Assembly (NCBI RefSeq): GCF_018350175.1
Contig: NC_058368.1
Span: forward strand, 146,136,001 to 146,200,000
Direction of reading: 5' to 3'
DNA: 64,000 nt
Origin: Felis catus
Lineage: Eukaryota
The notes beneath the pieces were generated by a model. The model searched no databases. It saw nothing but the letters and a program-made list of their open reading frames with translations, and was not told the origin of the DNA. Below, piece by piece: positions 49,901 to 62,970 of the stretch (its first letter is position 1; each line of letters begins with the position of its first letter). Both the position numbers and the translations under genes were made by a program.

Positions 49901-51882
49901 CTTTTCTAAGAAAGAAAGTTTTATAGTAATTTTACACTGCTTTCCAGATATGCTTAAGTCCAGTTTCAGTTGTGATTAACATAAGGAGAGCTCTCTTAAA
50001 GCTATTTACAGCATGAAATGTCTCTAGGGGTTAGTAAATTGCATGCTTTTGAGGTAATTTCCTAGGGAAGAAGCTTTTATACCTTACTATGAAATCTCTT
50101 GGACACCTCCTATGTAGCTACAGTAGACTTTTATAAACAACATAATAACTACATGTCAAAGAAAGAGTGATAAACTGTGGGTCTTCAAAGAAATAAAAGG
50201 AGCCCACCAGCTTTCTTTCTTTCTGTTGACATTTGACATTTCAAATGACAAAGACATTTGAAAATATACTTTCTTTTGCAAAGGTGGGTAATTATTTTTA
50301 ACATTATAAAGCAATTGTAGCTTCCTGGTTTAAAATATTGTTTATTGTTGTTTTGTTAGGGAGGAAGACAATTCATCAATAATGCAAGTATTTAAAAATA
50401 AAAATTGTATTACATGCTATGGAGGTAACAAGTAAAAAATCTCTTATGCTGGTTTCAAGGGAGCACTCAGCATTCAGGTTAAGAGTAAAGAAATAAACAT
50501 TAAGTGAGGCAATCCACAAACAACATGGAAAGGCAGACAATAGATAAAGCTTCTTCCTTTCATTCCCTGTATAGACAATTCTGAAAAACCTTTTAGAAGG
50601 AGCTTTTTTAGGAGCCTTTTGGAAGGCTACTGAGAAGACCAACGTGATAACATGCACTTAAAACAGATTCTTCTCTTTTCCACTTTTCATTCTTCCTGGT
50701 CCCCAATTCCTGTTCCCTGGATCATATCCCAAAATAAACTGTCTTGTCTCTGACTCTATCAAAAAGAGTCTAACTTGTCTTCAGCAAGAAATGAAGAGAA
50801 AGAATAGTCAGAGAAGTAAGTTCTGGTGAAGGTAGTCATGGAGGTCAAGAGAGGAGTTTCCATGAGGAGCCGTTTTCCACCTGTGTCACTGCTGTGTTCT
50901 AAGACACCAATATGAAAGACCGAAGAAAAGGAGACAAAATAAGGAAAGGGGAAATAGTGTACTGTGCTGAACACATATTTGTTTTTTGTTGTACTACAGA
51001 GTATCCATGCACATACAGAGAAAATGCACAATCCTGGTGCTTCTTCCTGGCAGCTGATAGATGTGGTTTGTACAAGTTTCTGGTTGTGATCTCCTACAGC
51101 CTCAAGCTGAGGGACATAATTCACAGTGATTATCTCTATGTATTTTCCCAAGCATAGTTTATAAAATAAAAGGCCAGATATCCAGGGAGTTTATCACCTT
51201 CTCTGGATAACAATGAAATTATCTAGAATATCATACCATGATTATTTTTCAAGATTATTCTTTTTCTTCTTAAAAGTAACTTATAGAAATCTTACACTTA
51301 TAAGTACATGTGTGCGCGCAGATTTAAAAAGTTTAGAAGGACATATGCCAACATAATAGTTGCTGTAATTGGGTATTGGGTTAACTGGAAATTTTGTGGT
51401 TTTAAAAATACCTTTGTGTATTTTTTGAGATTTTTGCAAAGGGCATGTTTTTCTCATAATCAATACAGAAACTGTAGAAAACTTTTAAAGATAAAACTGA
51501 AGTTGAATTATGTAAAAATGTTTCTTCCATAAGTTGTTTGCTGCTTAAAACATCTTACTTTCAATATATTGTCACAATTTTACCTGCTTTCTTTTATTAG
51601 CCCTGTAGGTGGAGGTTAAGTGGTACAGAAATGTCTCACTGTGGGCTTGGAACAAACAGATCAAGGCAGGAAAACTGCATACTAAGCAGTCCATGGATTA
51701 AAATGTATTAGCTCTTATTGTAAATATGTGGGACATCAGCTGTGAATTAATTTCCCCTGGGAAGGAGAGATGTGAAGGGAACCTGACAAAACTTAATTCT
51801 AAAATTACCAAATTCTGAATCGTAGGTATTCTCCTCAGAAGGAGATGGTTGGATTGGTTTTTGTTTTTCTATAAATATATAT

Positions 51883-52086
51883 TTTTTAATGTTTATTTAT
51901 TTTTGAGAGACAGAGAGAGAGAGTGGGGGAGGGGAAGAGAGAGAGAGGGAGACAAAGAATCGGGAGCAGGTTCCAGGCCCTGAGCTATCAGCACAGAGCC
52001 CAACATGGGGCTTGAACCCACAAAATGCAAAATCATGACCTGAGCCCAAGTCAGACGCTTGACCGGCTGAGCCACCCAGGCACCCC
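51883..52086 (-). mobile_element. SINEC
   Basis: Full SINE body ending gagccacccaggcacccc. Confidence 0.95.
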
Positions 52087-52646
52087 TGGTTTTTGTGTTT
52101 TCACTTGCATTTGTTTATGTCAGTAAATGTGTCAACTTTTGTGCTGTCATTTGAAATGTTGAACATTGAATGGATTCAGCAGAAGTTAGTTGGTTTTCTC
52201 TGATAGGATCTTGAAATGTTTTCTCTTCTGAGGGTTTGAAATGTGTATAGAAAGTTTAGTATAGGGAAGGGAAATTCCTCAGTAAAAGTCTTTAATTTGC
52301 AAGTTCTGTCTCCAAAGACATGGCTTTTGAACCCTGCTAGGGTTTTAGTGCTGGGTGAACCCTGCAGGCAATAGGAGTCTCTGGTTTACTGTACAGGGCA
52401 TCAAATCCCTTCCATCAGTGGTTTCGAACTCCTCAAGGCTAAGAATTCACTCTGCCAAAAATTTTAAAATATCAGAATTCTGTGTAACAGTTATTGATTA
52501 AGGTATGACATAATGTCAGAGAGCTATTATAAATTCATTATGTCTTGCAAATAAATGTTTTATTTAAATATACCTATATGCATTTGAATATACAGGTCTT
52601 TTTTCTGGAAGTGTAAATAATGAAAACATCAAAAATGGAACTTTCT

Positions 52647-52807
52647 GGACACCTGAGTGGCTCAGTCGGTTAAGCATCTAACTCTTGATCCGTCTCAGGT
52701 CATGATCTCGTGGTTTGTGAGTTTGAGCCCCACATCGGGCTTTGCTTGGTGTGGAGCTTGCTTGGGATTCTGTCTCCTTCTCTTTCTGCCTCTCCCCCAC
52801 TTGTGTG

Positions 52808-52861
<54 letters not shown>

Positions 52862-52882
52862 AATAAATAAACATTTAAAAAA
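52647..52882 (+). mobile_element. SINEC with expanded (CT)n
   Basis: ggacacctgagtggctcagtcggttaagc...(ct)n caaaaataaataaac. Confidence 0.93.
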
Positions 52883-52968
52883 TGTTCTCACTACAAAAAT
52901 GTATTCTAATACCCTGTACTTTTTTTAAGAAATGGAACTTCCCAATTTTTCTATATGACCATTCATTT

Positions 52969-53180
52969 TTTTTTTCAACGTTTATTTATTTTTGGGACAG
53001 AGAGAGACAGAGCATGAACGGGGGAGGGGCAGAGAGAGAGAGGGAGACACAGAATCGGAAACAGGCTCCAGGCTCTGAGCCACCAGCCCAGAGCCCGACG
53101 CGGGGCTCGAACTCCCGGACCTTGAGATCGTGACCTGGCTGAAGTCGGATGCTTAACCGACTGCGCCACCCAGGCGCCCC
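52969..53180 (-). mobile_element. Young felid SINE (SINEC_Fc-like)
   Basis: CpG-retaining body; TSD gaccattcattt at 52957 and 53181. Confidence 0.97.
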
Positions 53181-54554
53181 GACCATTCATTTTTTAAAAA
53201 CACACCACTATAAAAATTGAAGGATAGTTTGCTCTAATATATAATGTGCATGAAGACCTCATACTGTGGAAGCAAATGAGCAACTATTGAAAAGGTGATA
53301 TGACTGAACAATTGATATTCTCATACATCAGCCTTGTTGTTTGTATATTTTGACAGGTAAAAAATACTTTAAAGATTCAAACTGCCATTCTTAATATATC
53401 TATTTTATTCATCTCCTTTATTAATCTATATAAAAAAATAAAAAAGAATATCTCCAGAAATTTGGGGGAATGAATCGAGTTGGTTATTATTATATTATTT
53501 ACCTAATTAAATTTTGGAAGTGTTATCAGCTTGGAACAGGTTATATCCATTTTGTCTGAATAAATACTCTTCTGTGTAGGAAGTATGCAGAAGGGTAATT
53601 TTTTGAGTTCTTCACATATGTTTTTTTTCTTTTTAATTTTCCCCTCTTTTGCACTATGAGCTTGGAGCACAGTATATCGGTGAAGACTCTATGAGTGAGG
53701 ACTCTCAATCATAGTGCAAAGTGAAGTCACCACAAAAGCTTGATTGGCTTCCCTGGAAAGTCCAAGATTGACTAGGACCAAAGCTCAAATGATGCTATCT
53801 GTCGCTGTCCATCTTGGCTCTACTTTCTTTGGGCTGGTTCCATTCTCTTGCAGGTTTTCTTTCCAGCTCCCAGTAGCTCCACGCCTATCAAATCTAGCAG
53901 AGGGAGAGCCCACCTTTTGTGTACTGGGTGGGTCTCATTAGCCTGACCTGGCTCTTCTGCCCATCTCTTGGGTAATCGCTGTGGTCAAAGAGACAAGAAT
54001 TAGGTCATGTGTCTATGTTGGCAAAGATTCCTCTCATATAAACAAGCAAACTAGTAATGGGGAAGAAGAGTATTCCCCAAGAAAGCCAAGATGCTGTAAC
54101 CAAAATAAGGAATAGTTACTGGTCAGACAAAAGCAAAAATATTCAAATTGCCCTGTCTCAGGAATTTTTACAGGAATTTTAAGGCAGAAGTTGCTTGAAC
54201 ACCACATTCTGGCAGGTCCTGATCCCCCCAGGACACAGGCAGCCCGGGAACCAGAGAACAGTGGCCCTTACAGAGTGAACGGTGGGAAATGTAGGGGCCT
54301 CTTCATGCTTCGATGCTACACAAAACCTTGCTAACCAGGGAGAAGGAAACTTGGTGATGCCTGTGATGGAATGTCCTGTCAGCCTAGTATGTTGGGTACT
54401 TGGTATTTGATGACTAAGATTTATGCGATCACTTACATTATTTATTCAGAAATCAGAAAGTATTTAGAGAACATATGGACTCAAGCTATCTTTGAAAAAA
54501 AATATGACACTCTAGGAGCCTGTGAGCTCTGACTTGGAAACCACATCCCAGATC

Positions 54555-54935
54555 CAGTTCAGTAGTGTTAAGTATATACACATTGTCATGAAACTGATCT
54601 CCGGAACTTTTTCATTATACTTTGAAACTCTATACCCGCTAAACAACAACTCCTCTTTTCCTCCTTCCAGACACTGGTAACCACCATTCTACTTTCCAGT
54701 TTCTTGCCATTGTGATCAGAAAAGACATTTTGTGTGATTTCAACCTTCTTGAATTTGTTAAGGCTGGTTCTGTGGCCTAACACGTGTTCTGTCCTGGAGA
54801 ATGTTTCATTTGCACTTGAGAAGATTATGTATTCTGTTATTGGATAGAGTGCTCTGTATATTTCTGTTAGGTCTAATTGGTCTATATTGTTATCCAGGTC
54901 CTCTGTTCCTTTATTAATCCTGTCTGGTTGTTTTA
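54555..54935 (-). mobile_element. Old L1 (L1MB-like): EN region fused directly to 3'UTR
   Basis: ORF 54586-54783 reads LGHRTSLNKFKKVEITQNVFSDHN (EN) then runs into 3'UTR gaaagtagaatggtggttaccag. Confidence 0.75.
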
Positions 54936-55043
54936 ATTAACCTTTATAAATCTCAGTTCCTCATCTGTAAAATGGCAATATAAGCAGTACCTACCTCATA
55001 GGTTGATGTAGGGATTAAAAAAATCTACTCTTTATAAAGTGTT

Positions 55044-55257
55044 GGGGTTCCTGGGTGGCTCAGTCAGTTAAGCATGCAATTCTTGATTTCAGCTCAGGTC
55101 ACAATCCCACGGTTCTTGAGTTTGAGCCCCACACTGGGCTCTGTATTGACAGTGCAGAGTCTGCTTGGGATTCTTGCTCCCTCCTATTCTCTGTGCCCCT
55201 TCTGTGCTCCTCTCTCTTTCTCTCTAGCACGAGAGCAAAAGAAATAAATAAACTTAA

Positions 55258-55292
<35 letters not shown>

Positions 55293-55294
55293 AT
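55044..55294 (+). mobile_element. SINEC with (AAAT)n tail
   Basis: ggggttcctgggtggctcagtcagttaagc...(aaat)n. Confidence 0.93.
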
Positions 55295-56202
55295 AGTTAA
55301 CACTCTTGATATACAGCAACTGTTTGATAAATGTCAGCTACTAGTATTAATCTCCAAAGAAGTATGAAAGGGTCAGAGTATATCCACCACCATAATTCAA
55401 ACCTCAATGCAAAATGCTTAGCCTAAGTCTCTAAAGGTACAGTTGGCTGAATTATTAAAGAACAGTTTTGCCTAGCAGTAGAAAACAGGAATATTACTAA
55501 TTTTGTTTATTTTTATTGTAACCCCGTTGTCAGCTGGATACCTTCCTATCTCCACCTGCATTTATCAATCAATTGAAAAGTCTCTCTGCTCTCACTGAGT
55601 TGCTCCCATCAAAAGATTTAGGCATACTTGGCATGAACTCCTCATTTGCATGACCCAGGAGGATCCAGACAGAGTCTTCCCCATGCTTTCCACTGATTAT
55701 TAACGTGTTTTCTGATATTTTCCCTCATTCTATGATGCCTTGTCTCAGCCTCTGCTGACCTTGATCCAAAATTCAGTTTTTTTGCTGATTTCCACAAAAG
55801 ATCAATTTGAACCAACAATTTCATGCATTCTAAAACTTTCCTAAAGTTTCACAAGGTCATGGGAAGAGGTCACATCCCACTCTACCATTTTGCTAGACCT
55901 GTTCCACTCACTCTCTTCTGCTTTTGCTCCACCCTCTCCAGTGTAACAAGCATTCCTTATATCCCCTAGAATGAGCTTTTTATTTCCAAGTAAAATCATT
56001 GAAACATATTTTCCAAACAAATACAGTTTTCTTATTGAGGAATTTGGTTACAAATATTAGATAAATAATATTTTTAACCTTGTGACATTTTGTTAGGCTT
56101 CATTATACACTCTCCATTCAGGAGTTATGGGATGTGCACCTACCTTGTCAAAGGTACCACACGGGGGAGGAGATCTTGAGAAAATAAGTTACTCAATCTA
56201 CC

Positions 56203-56236
56203 ACACTTGATCTTAGCCAAAAGGCCGAGAAGCGAT
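56203..56236 (-). pseudogene. Tailless, 3'-truncated U2 snRNA retrocopy (nt 1-34)
   Basis: Reverse complement is ATCGCTTCTCGGCCTTTTGGCTAAGATCAAGTGT, the U2 5' end; TSD tcaatctaccaca at 56193-56205 and 56237-56249. Confidence 0.96.
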
Positions 56237-57579
56237 TCAATCTACCACAAATGAAATAACATTATATCTCAGCATACCAATAATGAATGCCAAGAATATA
56301 ATCAATTTGCAAGAATTTTAAAGTGAAATGTTACTATGTCTGAAAACCCAAAATACTGTGAATACTTAAGTGTTGACAATTGACAGACTTTTACTTTTGT
56401 CTTTATTTTCAATGATGATATGTCATGTAATTAGTATTTATTGCATTAAACTCTGGGGATTACACTAAGACAAAGAACTTGATTCTCTGGCCTGTAGGAA
56501 ATTAAGATTCTCTCAAATTGTCTGTGTTTCCGAGGGAAGAGAATCCTGAGGTAAAAGTATTTACTTAGAAAGTTAATAAGGAATATAAACTTCAGGAATG
56601 CAAGAGATTTTATCTCTTTGGTTCATTAAAATAGTCCAAGCTCCTAGAACAGCTTCTGACCGATAATCCATACTTGGTAAATTAATGCATAATAACTTAT
56701 AAAACTTCATTTATCTGACACACATTTATTATGCACCTATTTTATGTCTGGCTGGCTCTAGGCAAATTAGATATTCAACTTATACAATTTTATTTTTAAG
56801 GTTCCCAGATATTGAAACTTCTATGACTTTCTTAGCGAGATTAATTGCTCTTATGGTTAGGAAGTTTTCTCTGACAATTAAATGTTTCATTTTGCTTTGT
56901 ATATTTTCTCACAACTCAATCCTTCAATTTCCTTTTCAGTTGAACTTACTACCTATGTATGATTAACCAGTATCTTTTCTGAACTGTATGACAAATTCTA
57001 AACAAAGCATCATGTTCCAGTTGTGAACTCTTGAGTTGTTTTGCAAAGAACTATCAATTCTCTAGATTTAGGCACAATAGCTGTGTGAGTGTAGCTTTTT
57101 GTGGGATTGAGTTTTTATATTTTCACTGACATAATTGCTACTGAAAATTGCTTTTCCTTTTTTTACCCTTATTTAAGATTTTTCAGAATGGCTGATTTTT
57201 GCTTTTTCCTCAGGATACAGCTAACTCTCAGGACCATTTTATATACCTTATCTCATGCAGTTCTCACAAAATAAAATCTCCCTGACATAAATATTATTAT
57301 CATAGCCATAATATAAATGGAGGAGAGGGGGTCACATGAGCACAATGAAGTGAAATCTGGATCTTTTTTTGTGACTCAAATTCTTAACCATTCTGCAATT
57401 GTTGTCAAGTTTATTTTCACTGTCTTTATTTCTTTTGGCAATATTTTTAACTTCTGTGATTTATATCTCAGGGCATAATCTTGGGAAAGAAGGTTCTTAG
57501 TTTTCTCCATGTTTGGTGTAGAAATACATGATCAACTTGCAAGTAAATGTTTCTTGATGCCATACCAAGTGTCCATTCC

Positions 57580-58440
57580 TGTCTTTTCCCTTGCTATGAG
57601 CAACCAGATTTTCCTCTGGGGAGTGAATCTTCTATTATGAGGCAGGCATGTGGTTTGAACTCCAGTTCCTGACTCCAGTTCCTGCTCTAGGTATGGAATC
57701 TTAACAGGTGTCAATCTATGTGTTAATCTAATCTCTGGTGATTGAGGAAGGAACAGTCAGTTAGGACACATTGTTCATCTGACTTGAGTGATTGGTTCGG
57801 GTTGGTCCAGAATGATATTTAGGTGTTTATGTCAGGATGGAGGGAAGAAAAGGTCTCTCTCTGGCTCTGGATAGTATGATGTACACATATGAGACATGGA
57901 ATTGCTGTAGCTATTCTAACATGATGGAAGCCAGTCTAAGACAAGCGAATATGTAGAGCAAGACAGAGCCAAGTGAACTACCAAGAAATGCGGCCAGATT
58001 CCTGGTCAAACCATGCCTGAAACCTACTCAGTACAGCTGGATTAATAGTTATTAGTTGGGGGGCGCCTGGGTGGTGCAGTTGGTTAAGCGTCCGACTTCA
58101 GCCAGGTCACGATCCCGCGGTCCGTGAGTTCGAGCCCCGCGTCAGGCTCTGGGCTCATGGCTCAGAGCCTGGAGCCTGTTTCCGATTCTGTGTCTCCCTC
58201 TCTCTCTGCCCCTCCCCCGTTCATGCTCTGTCTCTCTCTGTCCCAAAAGTAAATAAACGTTGAAAAAAAAAATTAAAAAAAAATAGTTGTTAGTTGGGAG
58301 AAATGGGAAAAAATAGCTCTATTTTTTTTTGTTTTGTTTTAATTTAAATGAAGTCTATCTTTTTAATTAAAAAATAGCTCTATATGTCAATAAATTTCTT
58401 CCATTGTTTGACGAGGCTTTTGTTACTTGGAACAGATATC
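57580..58440 (+). mobile_element. Old MaLR/ERVL-type LTR interrupted by a SINE
   Basis: cctggtcaaaccatgcctgaa...aataaatttctt...ttttgttacttggaac. Confidence 0.5.
58060..58281 (+). mobile_element. Young felid SINE (SINEC_Fc-like)
   Basis: CpG-retaining body; TSD aatagtt(a/g)ttagttgg at 58044 and 58282. Confidence 0.97.
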
Positions 58441-58849
58441 ATCCAAACTGACAAAACCACTCTCACTTTTATTTCTAAATTTAACTTTTATTTTCTTTTA
58501 CTTGACTAAGAAACTTCTCCCAAGTTTCTTTTTTCTTTTTTCTTTTTTCTTTGTTAAGACATCTTCTATATTTAGTTTTGTCCTTGGAATAACATTAGTT
58601 TAAAAAATACATTTAAATTTGTTTCTAGATTTCTCTAATTTCCTAATCTTTTCTTTCTTGAAATATTTTTCCTGAAGCCCATTCATTAATGTACTGAATT
58701 ATGAAAGTTCAAGGTCACCAGTTACAAACTCATCTCTTAACCTTACATTGCAGATTAATTAGTTCCTGTCAATAAGTTGTAAATATAATAAAATCCTGCC
58801 AATAAACTGCAAATATAATATGGCTTTGCCTCCAGTCAGACCACAAAAA

Positions 58850-59005
58850 CCATAAAATGCTAGTGGTGGAAGAAACCTTAGGGGTCATTGAATACTACTT
58901 AATTATTTTACAGATGGGAAAATTGGAGCCAAAAGAAATTAAGTATCTGTTTAAGGTCATACAGTTAATGGTAGATCTCCTGTGATTCCTGACTCTTTCC
59001 ATTAA
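58850..59005 (-). mobile_element. MIR-family fragment
   Basis: attttacagatgggaaaattggagcc...aaggtcatacagtta. Confidence 0.6.
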
Positions 59006-59464
59006 ATCATACCTCCTCATGTGCAATGAAGCCTACCAAAATTAAATTTAAAAAAACACAGTATTTCAGGAGACTAGTATGATTCCATCAGATCCACTAG
59101 ATCTGATACTATTGGTATTGCAACATAAAAAGGGCATTGAATTGAGTTGAATTGATTTTCAAGTCTCAGTGGAAATTAATGTAATTTTCTATAGTTAAAA
59201 TTCTATTTGAACTTTAACAGTCACTGAAGATTAACTTTTAATACATTTTGGATCATAAAATTATATTAATATTAGACAAATTTATTGAAGATACATGTAG
59301 ATTGTTTTTATTAAACAACAGAAATTTTGGTTATGGAAGAAATGACTTTTTGTAGACTTTTCTTTCCCTACTTTAAGACAGTGATATTTAAATACTAATT
59401 TTTTTTCACGTGCTTCCTATAGAACAGATAGACATTTCTCTTTGTTTTTCTTATCCATTAAATA

Positions 59465-59625
59465 GCCCCTAAAACCTCTGGTCATTGGGATCAGCCTGGG
59501 AGCTTTCTAAAATTGCAGCTGAATCCAGAACCAGAAACTCAGAAGGAGATCTCAGACATTTGTGTTGTTTTAAAAGTTCCTCTGGTGATTCTGCTCATTG
59601 GCCAAGTTTAGAAAGCACAGCTCTA
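59465..59625. mobile_element. MER5-like hAT fragment
   Basis: cctgggagctttctaaaattgcag...ttaaaagttcctctggtgattctg...aagtttagaaagcac. Confidence 0.55.
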
Positions 59626-60881
59626 TAGCATTCTATAAATATTATTTAAAAAATCCACCAAGCACACATGGTGGTTCTGAGAATTATGGTTGATGGCTGG
59701 AATAGTTATCAAGATAAATAGTCACATCTTCTGTGTTGGTGAAAATAGACATGCAAAACAAAGTCAAATTTTATTGACGCTAAGATGGTTGAGTGTAAAC
59801 TGCATCATTATTTATGTACCATTAAGAAAAAAAAAGATTAATAATTAAGCTGACATGCTATCCATTGTAAGATGCTTTGTGATTTAAGAGATGATAAAAG
59901 CAAATACCTTAAAACTGATGAAGTACAGTAAGTTCTACTCTTATAATTGGAGTTATAATGATATTTGTCAGGTTGAAAGTGAATAAAAGAGGGAGATTAA
60001 CTTCTACAATATAAGGGGAAGAGGAAATCATATAAATAATCCTAGCAATGCTACTAAGACACCTTTGTGAATCTCATATGCATCTACTTCTAAGGCTTTC
60101 TGATAATTAGAAATCTGAGTTCCCATAATATTTTGGAGAGCTTTTGATAACATTGATGAGAGGATGGAGTCCTGTAGGTCTACAGGTCTGACTTTGATGC
60201 ATAGCACACATATACATGCATATGCATACACACATACATGCACCTCTTGGGTCACCACAAAGCAAAAGCAAAAGCAAAAACATGCTAAAAAAAAATGTTT
60301 CACGTGGGTGGCATTCAACTGGTGTTGAGTACTGAGGTGGGGAATCTAATTTTAGTTTCATGTCATTGCTTGGACCAAAATTGTAGTTGTTTTCCTGTTG
60401 AGCTACTTGACTTGATTCCTGTATCTAACTGCAGAAATGCTTTTAGTTTGTCTTATTTTTTTTTTTAAGGACCAAGATTTAAACTGAAAGTTTTGGTTTC
60501 AGTAGGTGAGTAGTTATTGAACTATATGGACTAAACTTACATTCTAGGTAAAGCAATTTCTTTTTCATTCTCCTCCCTTGATATTCATGAATAGTGATGC
60601 AGTTGGATTTATCTCTTTTTTTGTTTCAAAACTACCTATAACTAATTTCATCAAAATAATATCCTTATTTATAATATTAATTTTACATATTCTAGCATTC
60701 TTTTCTGGCTGCTTTGCTAACTTGCTTTCCTTGGGTATTAAATATACTGCCTTCCTTTATGTAGGTGGTTTTCCATAGTGTATGATACTTTGGATTGTGC
60801 ATTGATCTTTATCATTTGAGAGTCCTTATTAGATTGTCTGAAGAACCTACATGTAGTCTCTTTGGGAGAGAGTGGTTATTG

Positions 60882-61833
60882 CTGTTGCAGCTTGCATGCC
60901 AGACTGTTTTTAGTGAGAAAGGGGCAGGGGCAAGGTATACCCCTGGGCAGTGGCTGTTCTCATGATCTTGAATGACCCCCCCCCCCCTTCAATCGAGGTG
61001 CTTATTTTCATTATTCTCAGTTGGAAGCAGACTTGCTGTTCAGGTTTTATAGTCCAAGGTAGGGAGATGAATACAACTCAATGTGTGTTTTTGCTCCTTA
61101 CTACTGAGCTCCAAATAATGACCCTATTCAATGCTGAGCCCCCAACTATGCTTGGCTTCCTCTCTTCTCTCTGTTCTCCACCATTAGGACTCCCATACCC
61201 ATATCCAGACCCACAATTTCTCTGTTCAACTTGATCTTATCGCTTTCTAAATTCACATATTCATCGTAGGTTCTGGTCTTCTGAGTTGTGTGTCCTGTTT
61301 TCAAGTACACTTATATATTTATGCTTGTATGTGTGTACTTTTAGAGATTCAGTGGAGGAGGATTGAATGTCAGTTTGCTCTCTTTTCACCTCTTTGCTCC
61401 ATATTGCAGGGGACTACAGTTTCTAGATTCCCTTGTCTATTTCTGGGTCACTTTGCTAATAAGAGACACTGGTAAGATATCTGAAATATTAGAGACGGGG
61501 AAAACCCAAGTTATTTCTCTCCCTCCTCTCTGTTTCTTTTGGCATCTCTAATGATGGCTCTGTTTTCTCTGTGGCTTCAGTACCCACTCACCCCTTTCTT
61601 TTAGGATCCCAGACCATGACTAGCCCTGCAGCTGGACGGCCCCACCTTCTGCGCTCTGTTACCACAGTCTAGAAATAGCAGCTTCCTGCTGTTATATATG
61701 TTTTATTTCTCTCATTGCCTCCTGTTTTCCTTTTCTGCACTTCCATTATGTGGTAACCAATCTCCTATATTAAATTCCACTCATTTAAAATATCTAGAAT
61801 GGTTTGTTTTCTTGATAGTCCCTGAACAATACA
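60882..61833 (+). mobile_element. ERVL LTR remnant (LTR33-like)
   Basis: 3' end attaaattcc...tggtttgttttcttgatagtccctgaacaataca; 5' boundary uncertain. Confidence 0.5.
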
Positions 61834-62757
61834 GAGTAAAAGACTGAAGCATGTTCTCAATCCACCATCTTGAAATGAACATCTAGAAATGTTAGTGTAT
61901 TTTAAGAACACAGTTTAAATGAAGTTTAAAATCATCTAGGAAACCATGAACCTCCTCTTTGTCCCAAGTCCAGAACGCTTTAGCTAAGTAATGTGGCAGA
62001 GCAAGTGGGACCATTCTGTCCTTACACAGCTCTCCATTTTCCAGCATACCTGCAGTAGTGCTTTAAGTGGTAATGATTATTATTTATCTAATACTGTCTG
62101 TTGCAGTTTTTATGTTTGTAACCTAGTCTAAATGAACAAACCATTTTCAACTTGCACTGCACCCATTTTATGTTTAAAAGAATTTAAAATTAAGAAGTAT
62201 TAATAAATAACAGAATTTCAATTACCAGAGTTCAGAGTCACTTCAGTGCCTCCATGCTTGACATGAAAGCCATTGCTTCAGCTTGGCTGAAATCAAATCC
62301 TTGTATTTTCTTCATCCAAAAGAGAATTCTTTTCTCACATTTTCCTTGTCTCATGGCAAGTAAGGAAGAGACAGTTACCAAGGAGTCACTGTTATACGAG
62401 CCATAATGCTCCAAGGCCATTTTCCTCTTAAGAATCATTTATATACTGTATTAATACTTTGTATAAAATGACTCAAGATTATTCATTAACAAGTTCAGCA
62501 TGATGTTTTTCAACAAGAGCCTTTTAAGTGACTTAACTTACTTTTTATTAATGAATATTTCCACCTTTGAACTAAACACAAGCTTTAAGTGATGGTTTTG
62601 TTCACAGGTTTTGTAATGAAAGCTAATCAATTTTAAAGTGGTATCTTATATACGGACACATCTTGTACGAAGAAGTGTAAACATTCATTATAATTAAATA
62701 TGATAACTAAAAATTTTCGGTTTGGATCTTTTTACTCTAAATTCACAAGCAACTTCA

Positions 62758-62970
62758 GGGGTGCCTGGGTGGCTCAGTCAGTTAAGCATCCTACTTCGGC
62801 TCATTCAGGATCTCACAGTTCATGAGTTCAAACTCCAGGTCAGGCTCACTGCTGTCAGTGCAGAGCTCACTTGGCATCTTCTGTCTCCCTCTCTCTTTTC
62901 TGCTCCCCCACTCTCACATGCTCACTCCATCTCTCTCTCAAAAATAAATAAACATTTTAAAAAAATAAAA
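62758..62970 (+). mobile_element. SINEC
   Basis: Full SINE body; flanking repeat taaattcacaagc. Confidence 0.93.

Larger units (their letters stand above)
54500..55350 (+). mobile_element. MIR interrupted by an L1 fragment and a SINEC
   Basis: MIR core ctcagttcctcatctgtaaaatgg...acctacctcataggttg at ~54950-55020; tail resumes after 55294. Confidence 0.65.
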
